Source: an uncultured Verrucomicrobiae bacterium (GTDB lineage: Bacteria > Verrucomicrobiota > Verrucomicrobiia > Limisphaerales > UBA11358). Taken from it: DNA of 32,000 nucleotides. The translations under genes and the position numbers were made by a program. Shown in pieces: positions 1-9,305 of the stretch (positions within the stretch are counted from its first letter, which is position 1; each line of letters opens with the position of its first letter). Where the stretch lies: positions 172,608 to 204,607 of the forward strand of contig CAWHCL010000005.1 of assembly GCA_963827815.1 (NCBI GenBank), written 5' to 3'. The notes beneath the pieces were generated by a model. It was given only the letters and a program-made list of their open reading frames with translations, made no database searches and had not been told where the DNA came from.

Positions 1-953
1 AAATAGAGGATGAAGGTTTTTGCCTTCAACCGGGCGATCCATTGTTTTTCCAGGCGAGCCTGTTCCTGGGCGCGCAAATTTTTCTCGATGTCGTCGCGGA
101 CGTCGTTCAACGGCTTGACGTGCGACGGGCGCGTCTGCTCGACCAGCATGAGATAGCAGGCATCGGGCGTCTCAATCGCGTCGCTCACCTGGCCGGGCTG
201 GAGGGCAAACGCGGTGTCGGCCAGTTCCGCACGCAACACGGAACGTTCGACCCAACCGCGGTCGCCTCCCTGGCTGCGCAGCGAATCCTGCGAATAAATG
301 GAAGCCATATCCGCGAACGACGCTCCTTCCTTGATTTTGTCCCGGATTTCACGGGCCAGAATGACCGTGTTGGTGTCGTCGCTACCAGTCTTGTTGAGGA
401 CAATCATGCGCAATTTGATTTCGTCCTCGACCTTGAAATCGTCCTGGTGCGCCTGGTAATAAGTCTCAACCTTGTAGGGCGATATGATGATTTCCTGCGC
501 GATATTTTTGGAGCGCATGAACGACTCAATCGCCTGGTCGCGCACATCCTTGCGAAATGACTCGAACGTCTCGCCTTCCGCCTGCAAGGTCTTCATCAGA
601 GTCACGCGATCGGTGTATCGGTCGCGAATCCGGTCCTGCACCATCTCATCCAGATAACTATCGGGCATCCGATAACCTTCCGTGTCGAAATCATGCAGGA
701 TCAACTGGCGCTCGACCAACTGTTCCAAGCCGTCGTTGATCGCCCCGGCGAGTTTCTGCTGGAACGCGTCCGGCTCACCGGCGTATTCGCGCCGCAGGGA
801 ATCGATCGCCGGCGCTACAAAGTCCTCCACCTGCTGGCGCGTGATGACGGTGTCGTTGATGACGGCCAGGACGCCGTCCACCATGTCCGCATGCAGCGGC
901 AAGCCGGCGCAAAGCACCAGTGCCAGAATCGGAACAAAACGGAACATTTTCAT
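1..953 (-). CDS. SurA/PpiD-like periplasmic chaperone with parvulin-type peptidyl-prolyl isomerase domain; the C-terminus runs off the window start
   Basis: My own minus-strand translation from ATG (953-951) reads MKMFRFVPILALVLCAGLPLHADMVDGVLAVINDTVITRQQVEDF..., a signal peptide followed by a SurA_N-like start. A rotamase-like block follows: KEGASFADMASIYSQDSLRSQGGDRGWVERSVLRAELADTAFALQPGQVSDAIETPDACYLMLVEQ. The frame stays open to position 1. It is missing from the ORF track because it is open-ended. The + ORFs 42..560 and 693..1094 are its antisense shadows. Confidence 0.8.
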   Translation of the reverse strand, partial: MKMFRFVPILALVLCAGLPLHADMVDGVLAVINDTVITRQQVEDFVAPAIDSLRREYAGEPDAFQQKLAGAINDGLEQLVERQLILHDFDTEGYRMPDSYLDEMVQDRIRDRYTDRVTLMKTLQAEGETFESFRKDVRDQAIESFMRSKNIAQEIIISPYKVETYYQAHQDDFKVEDEIKLRMIVLNKTGSDDTNTVILAREIRDKIKEGASFADMASIYSQDSLRSQGGDRGWVERSVLRAELADTAFALQPGQVSDAIETPDACYLMLVEQTRPSHVKPLNDVRDDIEKNLRAQEQARLEKQWIARLKAKTFILY

Positions 954-1005
954 CAACTGCCGCGCAGTCTAACAACAACCCCTGCCGGGTCAAGCGCCAG
1001 GCGAA

Positions 1006-1203
1006 TTAGTGGAGCTGGGTACGGTTCAACCAATACATCGCCGCCGCCAGAATGCCTGCCACGAGCAGCGCGGCGAGGAGCGACCACCACATGATGCGCC
1101 ATTGTTTGCGCCGATGCGCGCGGCCGCCCTGACCAGGCAGCAGGTAGAATCGTTCTTTCTCCTTCTCCTTCTCCTTCTCCTTGCTGTGTCGGTGACGATG
1201 CAT
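1006..1203 (-). CDS. small hypothetical membrane protein with an N-terminal (KE)n tract and one TM helix
   Basis: 65-aa ORF, MHRHRHSKEKEKEKEKERF...WWSLLAALLVAGILAAAMYWL. It has one clear hydrophobic helix. It lies 52 nt upstream of the SurA-like gene on the same strand. I recognise no homology. Confidence 0.35.
   Translation of the reverse strand: MHRHRHSKEKEKEKEKERFYLLPGQGGRAHRRKQWRIMWWSLLAALLVAGILAAAMYWLNRTQLH
1159..1182. repeat. perfect hexanucleotide microsatellite (CTCCTT)x4
   Basis: Read directly: ctccttctccttctccttctcctt. It encodes the KEKEKEKE tract of the 1006..1203 ORF. Confidence 0.95.
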
Positions 1204-1475
1204 GGTCAGGGAATCTCGAGACGGTTGACCAACAGCAATTCAGTCAAGGTGAGTGCCTGGCTGCCATGCGCTGTCCGTTGAGTTTTCAATTCTGTTTCCA
1301 TTGCCATCATCGGTCATGCCACGCCCATTTTGCGGGATTTCCCATAAGAATCAACCCAAGCACGTGAAATTTCACGCACAATGCTGGAAAATTCTCCGCC
1401 CTTGCGTATGGCAACGCTGACAGCTTTGAAAGCCAGACGCGGCGGGGATGGAAATTGTTTCATCTTTCTTGAACA

Positions 1476-3056
1476 TCAATGCGCGGCAGCAGCGGTGCCC
1501 GCGTTTGGTTTGCTGTAATTCACACGCTTTAGCAGAAAAATCAGCGGGAAACCGCCGAGCGCCAGCAGACCAAATAGGTAGAAATTATCCACGAACGCCC
1601 ACAAGTGCGCCTGCTGGTCAAGCAACGAATACACCGCATCATAAGCCTGCCGCGTCGCGGTGACCGGATCGGTGTGATGCGAAAGCAGCTGTTTCGCAGC
1701 GGCGAAACGTTGCGCGAAGGCCGGATCATAGGGCGTCAGATGCCCGACCATCAAGGCTTGATGGGTCTGCGCGCCGCGCGCGAGCATCGTGGTGACGAAC
1801 GCGATGCCGATGCTGCCGCCGAGATTGCGCATGAGATTGTAAAGGCCGCTTGCGTTGCCGATCTGCGCCTGTCCAAGCTGGCTCATCGTCGTGGTCGTCA
1901 GCGGCACAAAGATGAAGCTGATGGCGATTCCGTTCAGAACACTCGGCCAGATGACGCTCGACATGCCCACTTGCAAGTTGATGTCGCTCAACATGAACGA
2001 CGATAGCGCCAGCATGACGAAACCGAAGCCGAGCATCCAGCGCATCCTGATTTTCCCGACCAACCGCCCGACGATGAAGGTCGTGAAGAACGCTGCCACA
2101 CCGCGCGGACTCATCGCGTAACCCGCCTGTAATGCGGGATAGCCCATAAGCGTTTGCAGGAACAGCGGCAGTTGCGCCGTGGTGCCGTAAAGAATCGCGG
2201 CCAGCGACGTCATCAGGATGAGGCCGATGGTGAAATTCCTGTTTTTAAAAACGCGCAAATCCACGAGCGGATGCTCGACGGTAAATTCCCACACGATGAA
2301 GCCGGCAAATGTCGCGACGGAAACCACCGTGAACCAGCGCACCCATTCCGCGCCGAACCAGTCGGCTTCCTGCCCCTTGTCCAGAATGATCTGCAAGGTT
2401 GCAAGCCAGACTGCGAGCAGCCCGAATCCGACGAAATCAATGTCCGCCTTTCTGTCGCGCTTTATGTAGGGCGGGTCCTCGACGACCCATTTCGCCATCA
2501 ACACCGCAAAAATTCCCACCGGCACGTTGATGTAAAAGATCCAGCGCCAAGAATAGCTGTCCGTGATCCAGCCGCCGATCACCGGACCCAGGATCGGCGC
2601 CACGACCACACCCTGCGCGAACGCCGCCATAGCCACGCCGCGTTTCTGCGGCGGGAAACTTTCCAGCATGATGGACTGCGCGATCGGCACCATCGCGCCG
2701 CCGCCGATGCCTTGAAAAATCCGCGCCAGAATCAGTGTCGGCAGGCTCCAGGCCATTCCGCACAGCACCGATGCGAACGTGAAGAGGATGATGCAAGTCA
2801 GCAAGACTCGTTTGCGGCCGAAATAATTTCCGAGCCAGCCTGTCATCGGCAGCACGATGGCGTTTGCCACCAGATAACTTGTCAGCACCCAGGTCGCCTC
2901 CTCCGGTGTGGCCGACAAACTGCCAGCTATGTGCGGCAAGGCGATATTGGCGATGGAGGTGTCGAGCACCTCCATGAACACCGCCATCATCACGGTGAGC
3001 GTGATGAGCCAGGGATTGTGGCGCGGATGCCATACCTGTTGCAAACCGTCAGCCAT
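1476..3056 (-). CDS. MFS multidrug efflux transporter, DHA2 / EmrB-QacA family (14-TMS type)
   Basis: 526 aa. The N-terminus LITLTVMMAVFMEVLDTSIANIALPHIAGSLSAT is the typical EmrB signature. Many hydrophobic segments follow. AAGGAG lies 5 nt upstream of the ATG. It sits directly after a HlyD/EmrA-type gene. Confidence 0.9.
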   Translation of the reverse strand: MADGLQQVWHPRHNPWLITLTVMMAVFMEVLDTSIANIALPHIAGSLSATPEEATWVLTSYLVANAIVLPMTGWLGNYFGRKRVLLTCIILFTFASVLCGMAWSLPTLILARIFQGIGGGAMVPIAQSIMLESFPPQKRGVAMAAFAQGVVVAPILGPVIGGWITDSYSWRWIFYINVPVGIFAVLMAKWVVEDPPYIKRDRKADIDFVGFGLLAVWLATLQIILDKGQEADWFGAEWVRWFTVVSVATFAGFIVWEFTVEHPLVDLRVFKNRNFTIGLILMTSLAAILYGTTAQLPLFLQTLMGYPALQAGYAMSPRGVAAFFTTFIVGRLVGKIRMRWMLGFGFVMLALSSFMLSDINLQVGMSSVIWPSVLNGIAISFIFVPLTTTTMSQLGQAQIGNASGLYNLMRNLGGSIGIAFVTTMLARGAQTHQALMVGHLTPYDPAFAQRFAAAKQLLSHHTDPVTATRQAYDAVYSLLDQQAHLWAFVDNFYLFGLLALGGFPLIFLLKRVNYSKPNAGTAAAAH

Positions 3057-3065
3057 AAAATCTCC

Positions 3066-4280
3066 TTACTCCCCGGTCTTTCGATCCAGAAATGTCCGGC
3101 AACCGAACGCCGATGCAACCGCCAGGATGATTGCGGCGATCATCGTGACAAAATCCGGCACGCGGAACGAACCGGTTTGAACGCTCGGCGTTACGGAAAG
3201 GCCGGGGCCGATGGTGTGGTCGGCAGGCAGCGGTTCGTCGAACAGGATCTTCACCGGGACGCGCTGGATGACCTTCACGAAATTGCCTGTCGCGTTTTCC
3301 GGCGGCAGCAAACTGAACTGCGCACCGCTTCCGGCCTGCACGCTGTCCACGTGCGCGCGGAATTTTCTGCCGCCGAGCGCGTCAATTGTCACGAACACGC
3401 CCTGGCCAGGCTTCATCTTCTTCAACTGTGATTCCTTGAAATTCGCCACGACCCAGACGTCCACCGGCACGATGGACATGATTATCTGGCCGGTCTGCAG
3501 GTAATCACCCGCTTCGACCTGTTTGCGTGTCACACGCCCATCGCACGGCGCAATGATTTTTGTGTAGGACAAATTCAGTTGCGCCGACGCAACATTCGTC
3601 TGCGCCTCCCGCCATTGGGATGAAGCAAGCCCGACTTCCGCCTCCGCGGCGGCCAGTTGCGTGTTTGCCTCGTCCACCTTGGAATGTTCCTCGTCCACAT
3701 TTTCCATCGCGGAAGCCAAATCAGCCTGGGCGGTCCTGTTCGCGGCCTGCGCGGCGTCAAATTCCTGCTGCGAAACCGTCCTGTCTTTCAACAGGGATGC
3801 GGCGCGCTCGAAATTCGTCGCTGCGAGCTTTGCGCTGGCGGCGCTCGCGTCCGCATCGGCCTGCGCCTTGCGGGCACTGGCCCCGGCGGTGGTGACTTTC
3901 TTGTGCATCAATTCATCCACGGCAAAGACGGTCCTGACGTTTGCATCCTGCGAAGCCGCTGCCGCCTGTTTCTGCGCCACGGTGATGGCATAATCCGACG
4001 GATCAATTTCAACGAGCAAATCGTTAGAGCGGACCATCTGGTTGTCCAGAACGTGAACCGCGGAAACCTGTCCATCAATCCGCGGCGCGATGGAAACGAC
4101 ATGCCCCGAGATGAACGCGTCGTCGGTGGATTCGTGCGTGAGTGCGTCCACGAGACTGCCGAGACCGAAAAAAAGCAGGACGGCGAGCGCGCCGGTCGCG
4201 GGCCAGAGGAAAAGCGGTGAATCCAATTTCGCCAGCAACGAGGTGTTGCCTTTAGGCGGGGACGGCGGATTTTCGTTCAT
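3066..4280 (-). CDS. HlyD/EmrA-family membrane fusion (periplasmic adaptor) protein
   Basis: About 404 aa. It has an N-terminal TM anchor (LFLWPATGALAVLLFFGLGSLV), a long Ala/Gln-rich coiled-coil middle and a barrel-like C-terminus (VFVTIDALGGRKFRAHVDSV). I prefer ATG at 4280 (MNENPP). The ORF track's TTG at 4289 overlaps the RND stop and is an alternative. Confidence 0.85.
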   Translation of the reverse strand: MNENPPSPPKGNTSLLAKLDSPLFLWPATGALAVLLFFGLGSLVDALTHESTDDAFISGHVVSIAPRIDGQVSAVHVLDNQMVRSNDLLVEIDPSDYAITVAQKQAAAASQDANVRTVFAVDELMHKKVTTAGASARKAQADADASAASAKLAATNFERAASLLKDRTVSQQEFDAAQAANRTAQADLASAMENVDEEHSKVDEANTQLAAAEAEVGLASSQWREAQTNVASAQLNLSYTKIIAPCDGRVTRKQVEAGDYLQTGQIIMSIVPVDVWVVANFKESQLKKMKPGQGVFVTIDALGGRKFRAHVDSVQAGSGAQFSLLPPENATGNFVKVIQRVPVKILFDEPLPADHTIGPGLSVTPSVQTGSFRVPDFVTMIAAIILAVASAFGCRTFLDRKTGE

Positions 4281-4285
4281 AACGA

Positions 4286-7200
4286 TCAAATCTTTTCGAT
4301 GGGCGCACGGCTTTCGCCGGCGTGATCCTTCGCAATCAGGATGTAAATGGACGGAATCACGAGCAATGTGAAGAAGGTGCCGATGGTCATGCCGCTGACG
4401 AGGACGATGCCGATGGAATTGCGGGCCGCCGCGCCCGCGCCGGTGACGAGGACGAGCGGAATATTGCCGGCCACGGTGGCGACACTGGTCATCAGAATCG
4501 GGCGCAGCCGCAACAGGGCCGCCTCGCGCACCGCCTGAAGCTTGGTGCGGCCCTGCCTCTGTAGGTCGTTGGCGAACTGGACGATGAGAATGCCGTTTTT
4601 GGTCACGAGACCAATCAGCGTGACGAGGCCGACCTGCGAATAAATGTTCATCGTCGTCGTCCAGCCATTCGTCCAGAACGGCAGATTCGGGTTCGGCATC
4701 TTCAGGAAGCAGAAAATGAGCGCGCCGAACATCGCCAGCGGCATCGAGCCGAGGATGATGATGAACGGGTCGCGGAAGCTGTTGAACTGCGCGGCCAGCA
4801 CGAGAAAAATCAGGATGATGGCCAGCATGAACGCGGGCAGGAATTTGTTGCCCTCCGTCCGCAACTGGCGCGATTCGCCAGTATAGTCGGTTTTGTAACC
4901 TTCCGGTAAAATCCTTGCGCTTTCGGTTTCAAGAAATTTCAGCGCGGTGTCGAGTGGCACGGTTGCCACACCGCTGATCATCACTGAATTCAACTGCTGG
5001 AAACGGTTGAGCGTACGCGGCGTGACGTGCTTTTCAAAATGCGCGAATGTGCTGACGGGAATCAATTTCCCGGCAGGGCCCTGCACGTAATTGTTTTCCA
5101 ACTGGCCGGGGTTCAGGCGCTCGATGCGTTTCAATTGCGGAATCACCTTGTAACTGCGCCCGGCGAGGCTGAACCGGTTCACGAAATTGCCGCCGACGAG
5201 CGCAGCCAGGTCGGAGCCGACGGTTTGCATGTCAAGGCCGAGCGCGGCAACCTTGTCGCGGTCAATAACGAGTTCCATTTCCGGCTGGTCAATCTTCGTA
5301 TCAATCTGCGGCGGGAAGGCGAACATACCGTTGGTAGCGCATTCCTGCTGCAACTGCGTCGCGAACTGCATGATCTGCTCCGGTTCGGCGGTCGCGGATA
5401 AAACGAAATTCACCGGGAAATTGTCGCCGCCGGGTATCGGCGAAGGCGTGACCATGAACAGCCGAATACCGGGGACGGCATTCACCATCGCCTGCGCCTC
5501 GGGAACAATCTGAGCGGCGGTACGTTTGCGCTCGCCCCACGGCTTGAGAACCATGCCGCCGAAGCCGCTGTTGGGCATCGTGAGCTGGAACGACTGGTCC
5601 GTTTCGGGAATGGACTTGAACATTTTGCCGACGGCATCCGCGTAAAACGAGGTCTGGTCAATCGTCGCGTCCGCCGCCGCTTCAACAATTCCGAAAATCA
5701 CGCCCTGGTCTTCGGCGGGCGCGAGTTCGCCGGGTGACATGGAATACAAAAGAAACGCCAGCGCGCTCAACGCGATCCAGATGACATAAACCATCGGGCG
5801 CGATGCCAGCGTGAAGTCCAGGATGTGTCCGTAGAATTTTTTTGCACGGTCGAACTGCCGATTGATATGCCCGGCAAAGCCGTGCTCTTCGCGCCCGGCG
5901 TCAAGCAATCGGGATGACAGCCAGGGAGACAACGTCAGCGCGACGATTCCCGAAATGAAAACCGCCCCCGCGAGCGTCAGCGCAAATTCGCGGAACAGCG
6001 AACCGGTCAACCCGCCTTGAAACGCGATGGGGGCGTAAACCGCCGCGAGCGTAATCGTCATCGCGATGATGGGGCTGACGAGTTCGCGTGCGCCGAGCAA
6101 TGCCGCGTTCAACGGCGTCAGCCCTTCGCGAATGTGGCGCTCCACGTTTTCGACGATGACAATCGCGTCGTCCACGACCAGCCCGACAGCAAGAACAATA
6201 GCCAGCAGCGTCAGCAAGTTCAGCGTGAAACCCAAAACCTGCATCAGAAAAACCGCGCCGATAAGCGAAATGGGAATCGCCAGCAACGGAATCAGCACCG
6301 AACGCAACGAGCCGAGGAATAAAAAAATGACGATGGAAACAATCAGCAGCGTCTTGACGAGCGTCTTGATCACTTCATGAATCGCGTCGCTGATGTATTT
6401 CGTCGCGTCGTAGGCAATTTTGCCCTGAAGTCCGGTTGGCAAATCTTTCTGGATGGAAGCCATCTCCTTGCGCACGCGCTGGATGACGTCGAGCGAGTTC
6501 GCGTTCGGCAAAGCCCAGATACCCATGAATACGGCGTGTTCGCCGCTGAAACGGACTTCCGTATCATAATCTTCCGCGCCGAGCGAAACATCGGCCACGT
6601 CGCTCAAGCGGACGAGATTGTCGCCCACGCGCCGTATGACGAGATTTTTGAATTCGTCAACAGAGCGCAAATCCGTGTTGGCAGTGAGGTTGATCTGGAT
6701 GAGAGCGCCCTTCGTGTGACCGACGGCGGAAAGAAAATTATTGGCCGCGAGCGCCTGGCGAATCTGGTTCGGGCTGATGTTGAACGCCGCGAGCCGATCC
6801 GGCTTCAGCCAGATGCGCATGGCGAAGGTGCGGCCGCCGAGGATATCGGCGCGTTGCACGCCATCGAGCGCGGTCAGGCGCGGCTGGACGATGCGGACGA
6901 GATAATCGGTGATCTGGTTCGGCTCCAGAATGTCCGACGTGAAACTCAAATAGCAGCCGGCGAATTGCGAATCGGCGGACTCGATGTTGATGATCGGCAC
7001 CTCCGCTTCCGGCGGCAGGTCGTTGCGAACCTGGTTCACCTTGGAATTGATTTCTGAAAGCGCCTTGTTCGCGTCGTAATTCAATTTGAGCCGCGCGGTG
7101 ATGGTCGAGAGGCCGAGCGCGCTGCTCGATTGCAGATACTCAATGCCGTCGGCGGCGGCGATGGCGCGCTCGAGCGGCTGCGTCACGAAGCCGCGCACGA

Positions 7201-7375
7201 GGTCCGCGCTCGCGCCGACGTAAACGGTGGTGACCGTGACAGTGGCGTTTTCGCTGCGCGGATACTGCCGGACGGTGAGCGAGCGGATGGCGGAAAATCC
7301 CGCGATCAAGATCACGAGGTTCACCACGATGGCCAGCACGGGCCGGCGGATAAATAAATCGGTGAAAGATTTCAT
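4286..7375 (-). CDS. RND (HAE1, AcrB/MdtB-like) multidrug efflux inner-membrane transporter
   Basis: 1029 aa. Canonical start MKSFTDLFIRRPVLAIVVNLVILIAGF. The TM4 motif LAIVLAVGLVVDDAIVIVENVERH is present, with the 12-TMS two-loop architecture. Confidence 0.95.
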   Translation of the reverse strand: MKSFTDLFIRRPVLAIVVNLVILIAGFSAIRSLTVRQYPRSENATVTVTTVYVGASADLVRGFVTQPLERAIAAADGIEYLQSSSALGLSTITARLKLNYDANKALSEINSKVNQVRNDLPPEAEVPIINIESADSQFAGCYLSFTSDILEPNQITDYLVRIVQPRLTALDGVQRADILGGRTFAMRIWLKPDRLAAFNISPNQIRQALAANNFLSAVGHTKGALIQINLTANTDLRSVDEFKNLVIRRVGDNLVRLSDVADVSLGAEDYDTEVRFSGEHAVFMGIWALPNANSLDVIQRVRKEMASIQKDLPTGLQGKIAYDATKYISDAIHEVIKTLVKTLLIVSIVIFLFLGSLRSVLIPLLAIPISLIGAVFLMQVLGFTLNLLTLLAIVLAVGLVVDDAIVIVENVERHIREGLTPLNAALLGARELVSPIIAMTITLAAVYAPIAFQGGLTGSLFREFALTLAGAVFISGIVALTLSPWLSSRLLDAGREEHGFAGHINRQFDRAKKFYGHILDFTLASRPMVYVIWIALSALAFLLYSMSPGELAPAEDQGVIFGIVEAAADATIDQTSFYADAVGKMFKSIPETDQSFQLTMPNSGFGGMVLKPWGERKRTAAQIVPEAQAMVNAVPGIRLFMVTPSPIPGGDNFPVNFVLSATAEPEQIMQFATQLQQECATNGMFAFPPQIDTKIDQPEMELVIDRDKVAALGLDMQTVGSDLAALVGGNFVNRFSLAGRSYKVIPQLKRIERLNPGQLENNYVQGPAGKLIPVSTFAHFEKHVTPRTLNRFQQLNSVMISGVATVPLDTALKFLETESARILPEGYKTDYTGESRQLRTEGNKFLPAFMLAIILIFLVLAAQFNSFRDPFIIILGSMPLAMFGALIFCFLKMPNPNLPFWTNGWTTTMNIYSQVGLVTLIGLVTKNGILIVQFANDLQRQGRTKLQAVREAALLRLRPILMTSVATVAGNIPLVLVTGAGAAARNSIGIVLVSGMTIGTFFTLLVIPSIYILIAKDHAGESRAPIEKI

Positions 7376-7392
7376 TCGCTCCTGAAATTAAA

Positions 7393-8508
7393 TCAACTAT
7401 CCGACGGATTTTTAACCGGGGCAGGCACCACGTCATTGTTCACTGTTACGGGCGCCCCGTTGCGGAGTTTGAAAATGCCTGCGCTCACGACGCGGTCGCC
7501 AGACTTGAGTCCCGTCAGTACGCTCACGAAATCGCCGTGCGACTGACCCGTTCGGACGAATTGCTGCCGCACCACCAGTCCGCCGGCGGCATTGGTTGAC
7601 GGTTCGATCACGTAAACCGAATCGCCGAAGGGCGCGCTCAATATTGCCGTCGCCGGCACCGCCAGCACCGGCTGCGCCTGGGGCAAAACCACCGCGACGC
7701 TCACGAACATACCCGGTCGCAACAACTGATCCGCATTTTCCAGTGTCGCCCGCAACGCCACGCTGCGTGTGGCCGCATCCAGATCTGGATTGATGGCGGT
7801 CAACGTGCCGTCAAATGTCCGGCCGGGATAAGCGTCGCAGGTGACCTGGACGGGCGAGCCGGTTTTTAATTGCGCGAGGCTTTGCTGGGGCAGCGAAAAA
7901 TCCGCATAGACCGGCGTGAGCGATTGCAGCGAGACCAGCGACCTGCGCGCGTCAACCGATGCACCGACGTTCACCTGCCAGATGCCCAGCCGCCCGTCGA
8001 ACGGTGCGCGGATGGTTTTCTTTTCGATGGCCGCGCGGATGACATCGGCGTTGGCCTGGTTCTGTTTGAAGGACGCCTCCGCCTGATCGAGCTCCGACTG
8101 GGAAACGGTGTTGTCTGCGCGCAAAGTCCGCGTCCGGTCGGCATTAAGCCGGGACAATTCCGTCTGCGCCTCGGCGGAACGCAATTGCGCCTCCTCGGAC
8201 GATGTGTCCAGCCGCAGCAGCAAATCGCCCTTTGCCACCACCGAACCGTCGGCGACCGCGATTTCCGCCACCGTGCCGGCAACTTCGGAGGCGAGCGTTA
8301 CGCCGTTTTGCGGGTCAATTGACCCGATGGCGGTGAGCGTGTCTTGCCATTGCTCCTCGTGCGCCACGGCGGACGAAATGGTATCCGGCGGCGGGACATA
8401 GGACGCGCCAAACGCTATCATCTTGTGAATTTGCAACGCCTTAATGCCGCCCAGTCCCGCCAAAACGGCGAAGACGATGACAATTGCAGCAACTATTTTT
8501 CGTTTCAT
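7393..8508 (-). CDS. RND efflux periplasmic adaptor (membrane fusion protein)
   Basis: 371 aa. It has a signal/anchor (KIVAAIVIVFAVLAGLGGI), a coiled-coil hairpin (AQLRSAEAQTELSRLNADRTRTL...) and the motif IRAPFDGRLG. It lies immediately upstream of the RND gene. Confidence 0.9.
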   Translation of the reverse strand: MKRKIVAAIVIVFAVLAGLGGIKALQIHKMIAFGASYVPPPDTISSAVAHEEQWQDTLTAIGSIDPQNGVTLASEVAGTVAEIAVADGSVVAKGDLLLRLDTSSEEAQLRSAEAQTELSRLNADRTRTLRADNTVSQSELDQAEASFKQNQANADVIRAAIEKKTIRAPFDGRLGIWQVNVGASVDARRSLVSLQSLTPVYADFSLPQQSLAQLKTGSPVQVTCDAYPGRTFDGTLTAINPDLDAATRSVALRATLENADQLLRPGMFVSVAVVLPQAQPVLAVPATAILSAPFGDSVYVIEPSTNAAGGLVVRQQFVRTGQSHGDFVSVLTGLKSGDRVVSAGIFKLRNGAPVTVNNDVVPAPVKNPSDS

Positions 8509-8538
8509 ATTTTTACAATGATTGATTTTCCAAATGCT

Positions 8539-9162
8539 TCAAGTTCGCTGTTTCTTCGCACCCGCGCCGACAAGGAACAATTCCACGGTGCGCCTGGCTG
8601 TTTTTGTGTCCGGCACGCAATCGCGCGCGACCAGATGGGCCACGAGATAAAAATGGGTCAGGCCATAAAAGCCGAAAGCCAGTTCGCGGCTGTCAAAATG
8701 CCGGTCCAGTTCGCCGTTTTTCTGCGCCTGCTTGATGAGCGAATGGACGAATTCGAAGTTGCGTTCGCATTTTTCCGTGCAAGCCACGTCCTCCGGCACC
8801 TCGCCCGGCGCGGCGAACATCGTGGCGAAGGAAATCCGCATCAATTCGCGGTTCCGGCGGAAATAATCGAACAACGCGGCGAGGATGTTCTCCAGTTGCG
8901 CGCGAAAGTCGCGGCCTTTCTCCGCCGCCTCTCGCAACAGGCGGTAGCGTTCATCATGCGCTTCATGCACGAGCGCCTGGAACAGCCCAGCCTTGTCCGG
9001 GAAATGATAATACAGCGCCGGCTTGGACACCTTCGCGTCGCCGACGATTTGCTGGACGGACGTGGCGGCATAGCCGGCGTTGGCAAAATGCTTCAGCGCC
9101 GCACGAAGGATATGCCGTCGCGTTTCCGAATCTGTATTGGGGTTGTTGACCGCCTTAGCCAT
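8539..9162 (-). CDS. TetR/AcrR-family transcriptional regulator
   Basis: 207 aa. The N-terminal HTH RRHILRAALKHFANAGYAATSVQQIVGDAKVSKPALYYHFPDK is the TetR_N signature. It is the first gene of the efflux operon. Confidence 0.9.
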   Translation of the reverse strand: MAKAVNNPNTDSETRRHILRAALKHFANAGYAATSVQQIVGDAKVSKPALYYHFPDKAGLFQALVHEAHDERYRLLREAAEKGRDFRAQLENILAALFDYFRRNRELMRISFATMFAAPGEVPEDVACTEKCERNFEFVHSLIKQAQKNGELDRHFDSRELAFGFYGLTHFYLVAHLVARDCVPDTKTARRTVELFLVGAGAKKQRT

Positions 9163-9169
9163 AAAAACT

Positions 9170-9204
9170 TACCGAACGGTAGGTAATTTCAGACCATTTG
9201 TCAA
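9170..9204 (-). promoter_or_regulatory. candidate sigma70-type promoter of the tetR-efflux operon, with a palindromic candidate operator overlapping the -10
   Basis: Minus strand reads TTGACA (9204-9199), a 17-nt spacer, then TACCGT (9181-9176). The palindrome TACCG-AA-CGGTA (9170-9181) overlaps the -10, 8 nt from the tetR ATG. A second palindrome, CAAACGTTTG, lies at 9202-9211. Prediction only. Confidence 0.35.
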
Positions 9205-9305
9205 ACGTTTGTTTGAAATATTTGACCGGATTGTTTTTGCCGCATTTTCAAAGACTTGAATCTCCGCGACGAACGTTTAGGCTTGCGGTGGAATTTGGAT
9301 TTAAC

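Noticed and set aside
1314-1463. 49-aa minus-strand ORF (MKQFPSPPRLAFKAVSVAIRKGGEFSSIVREISRAWVDSYGKSRKMGVA) 13 nt after the MFS gene
   Set aside because: It has no recognisable family, no clear ribosome-binding site, and spans a perfect palindrome. There is not enough evidence to call it a gene. It is mentioned only under the palindrome finding.
2154-3431. 425-aa plus-strand ORF across the EmrB/EmrA genes
   Set aside because: It is antisense to two strongly supported efflux genes. Its sequence is Arg/His/Asp-rich with no family motif.
8344-9186. 280-aa plus-strand ORF overlapping the TetR gene
   Set aside because: It is antisense to the TetR regulator and to the start of the adaptor gene, and shows no motifs.
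9198-9305. Upstream TTG start (9198) proposed by the ORF track for the binding protein
   Set aside because: The extra 36 residues precede a perfect signal peptide and lipobox that begin at ATG 9306. The extension would also cover the divergent promoter and operator region.
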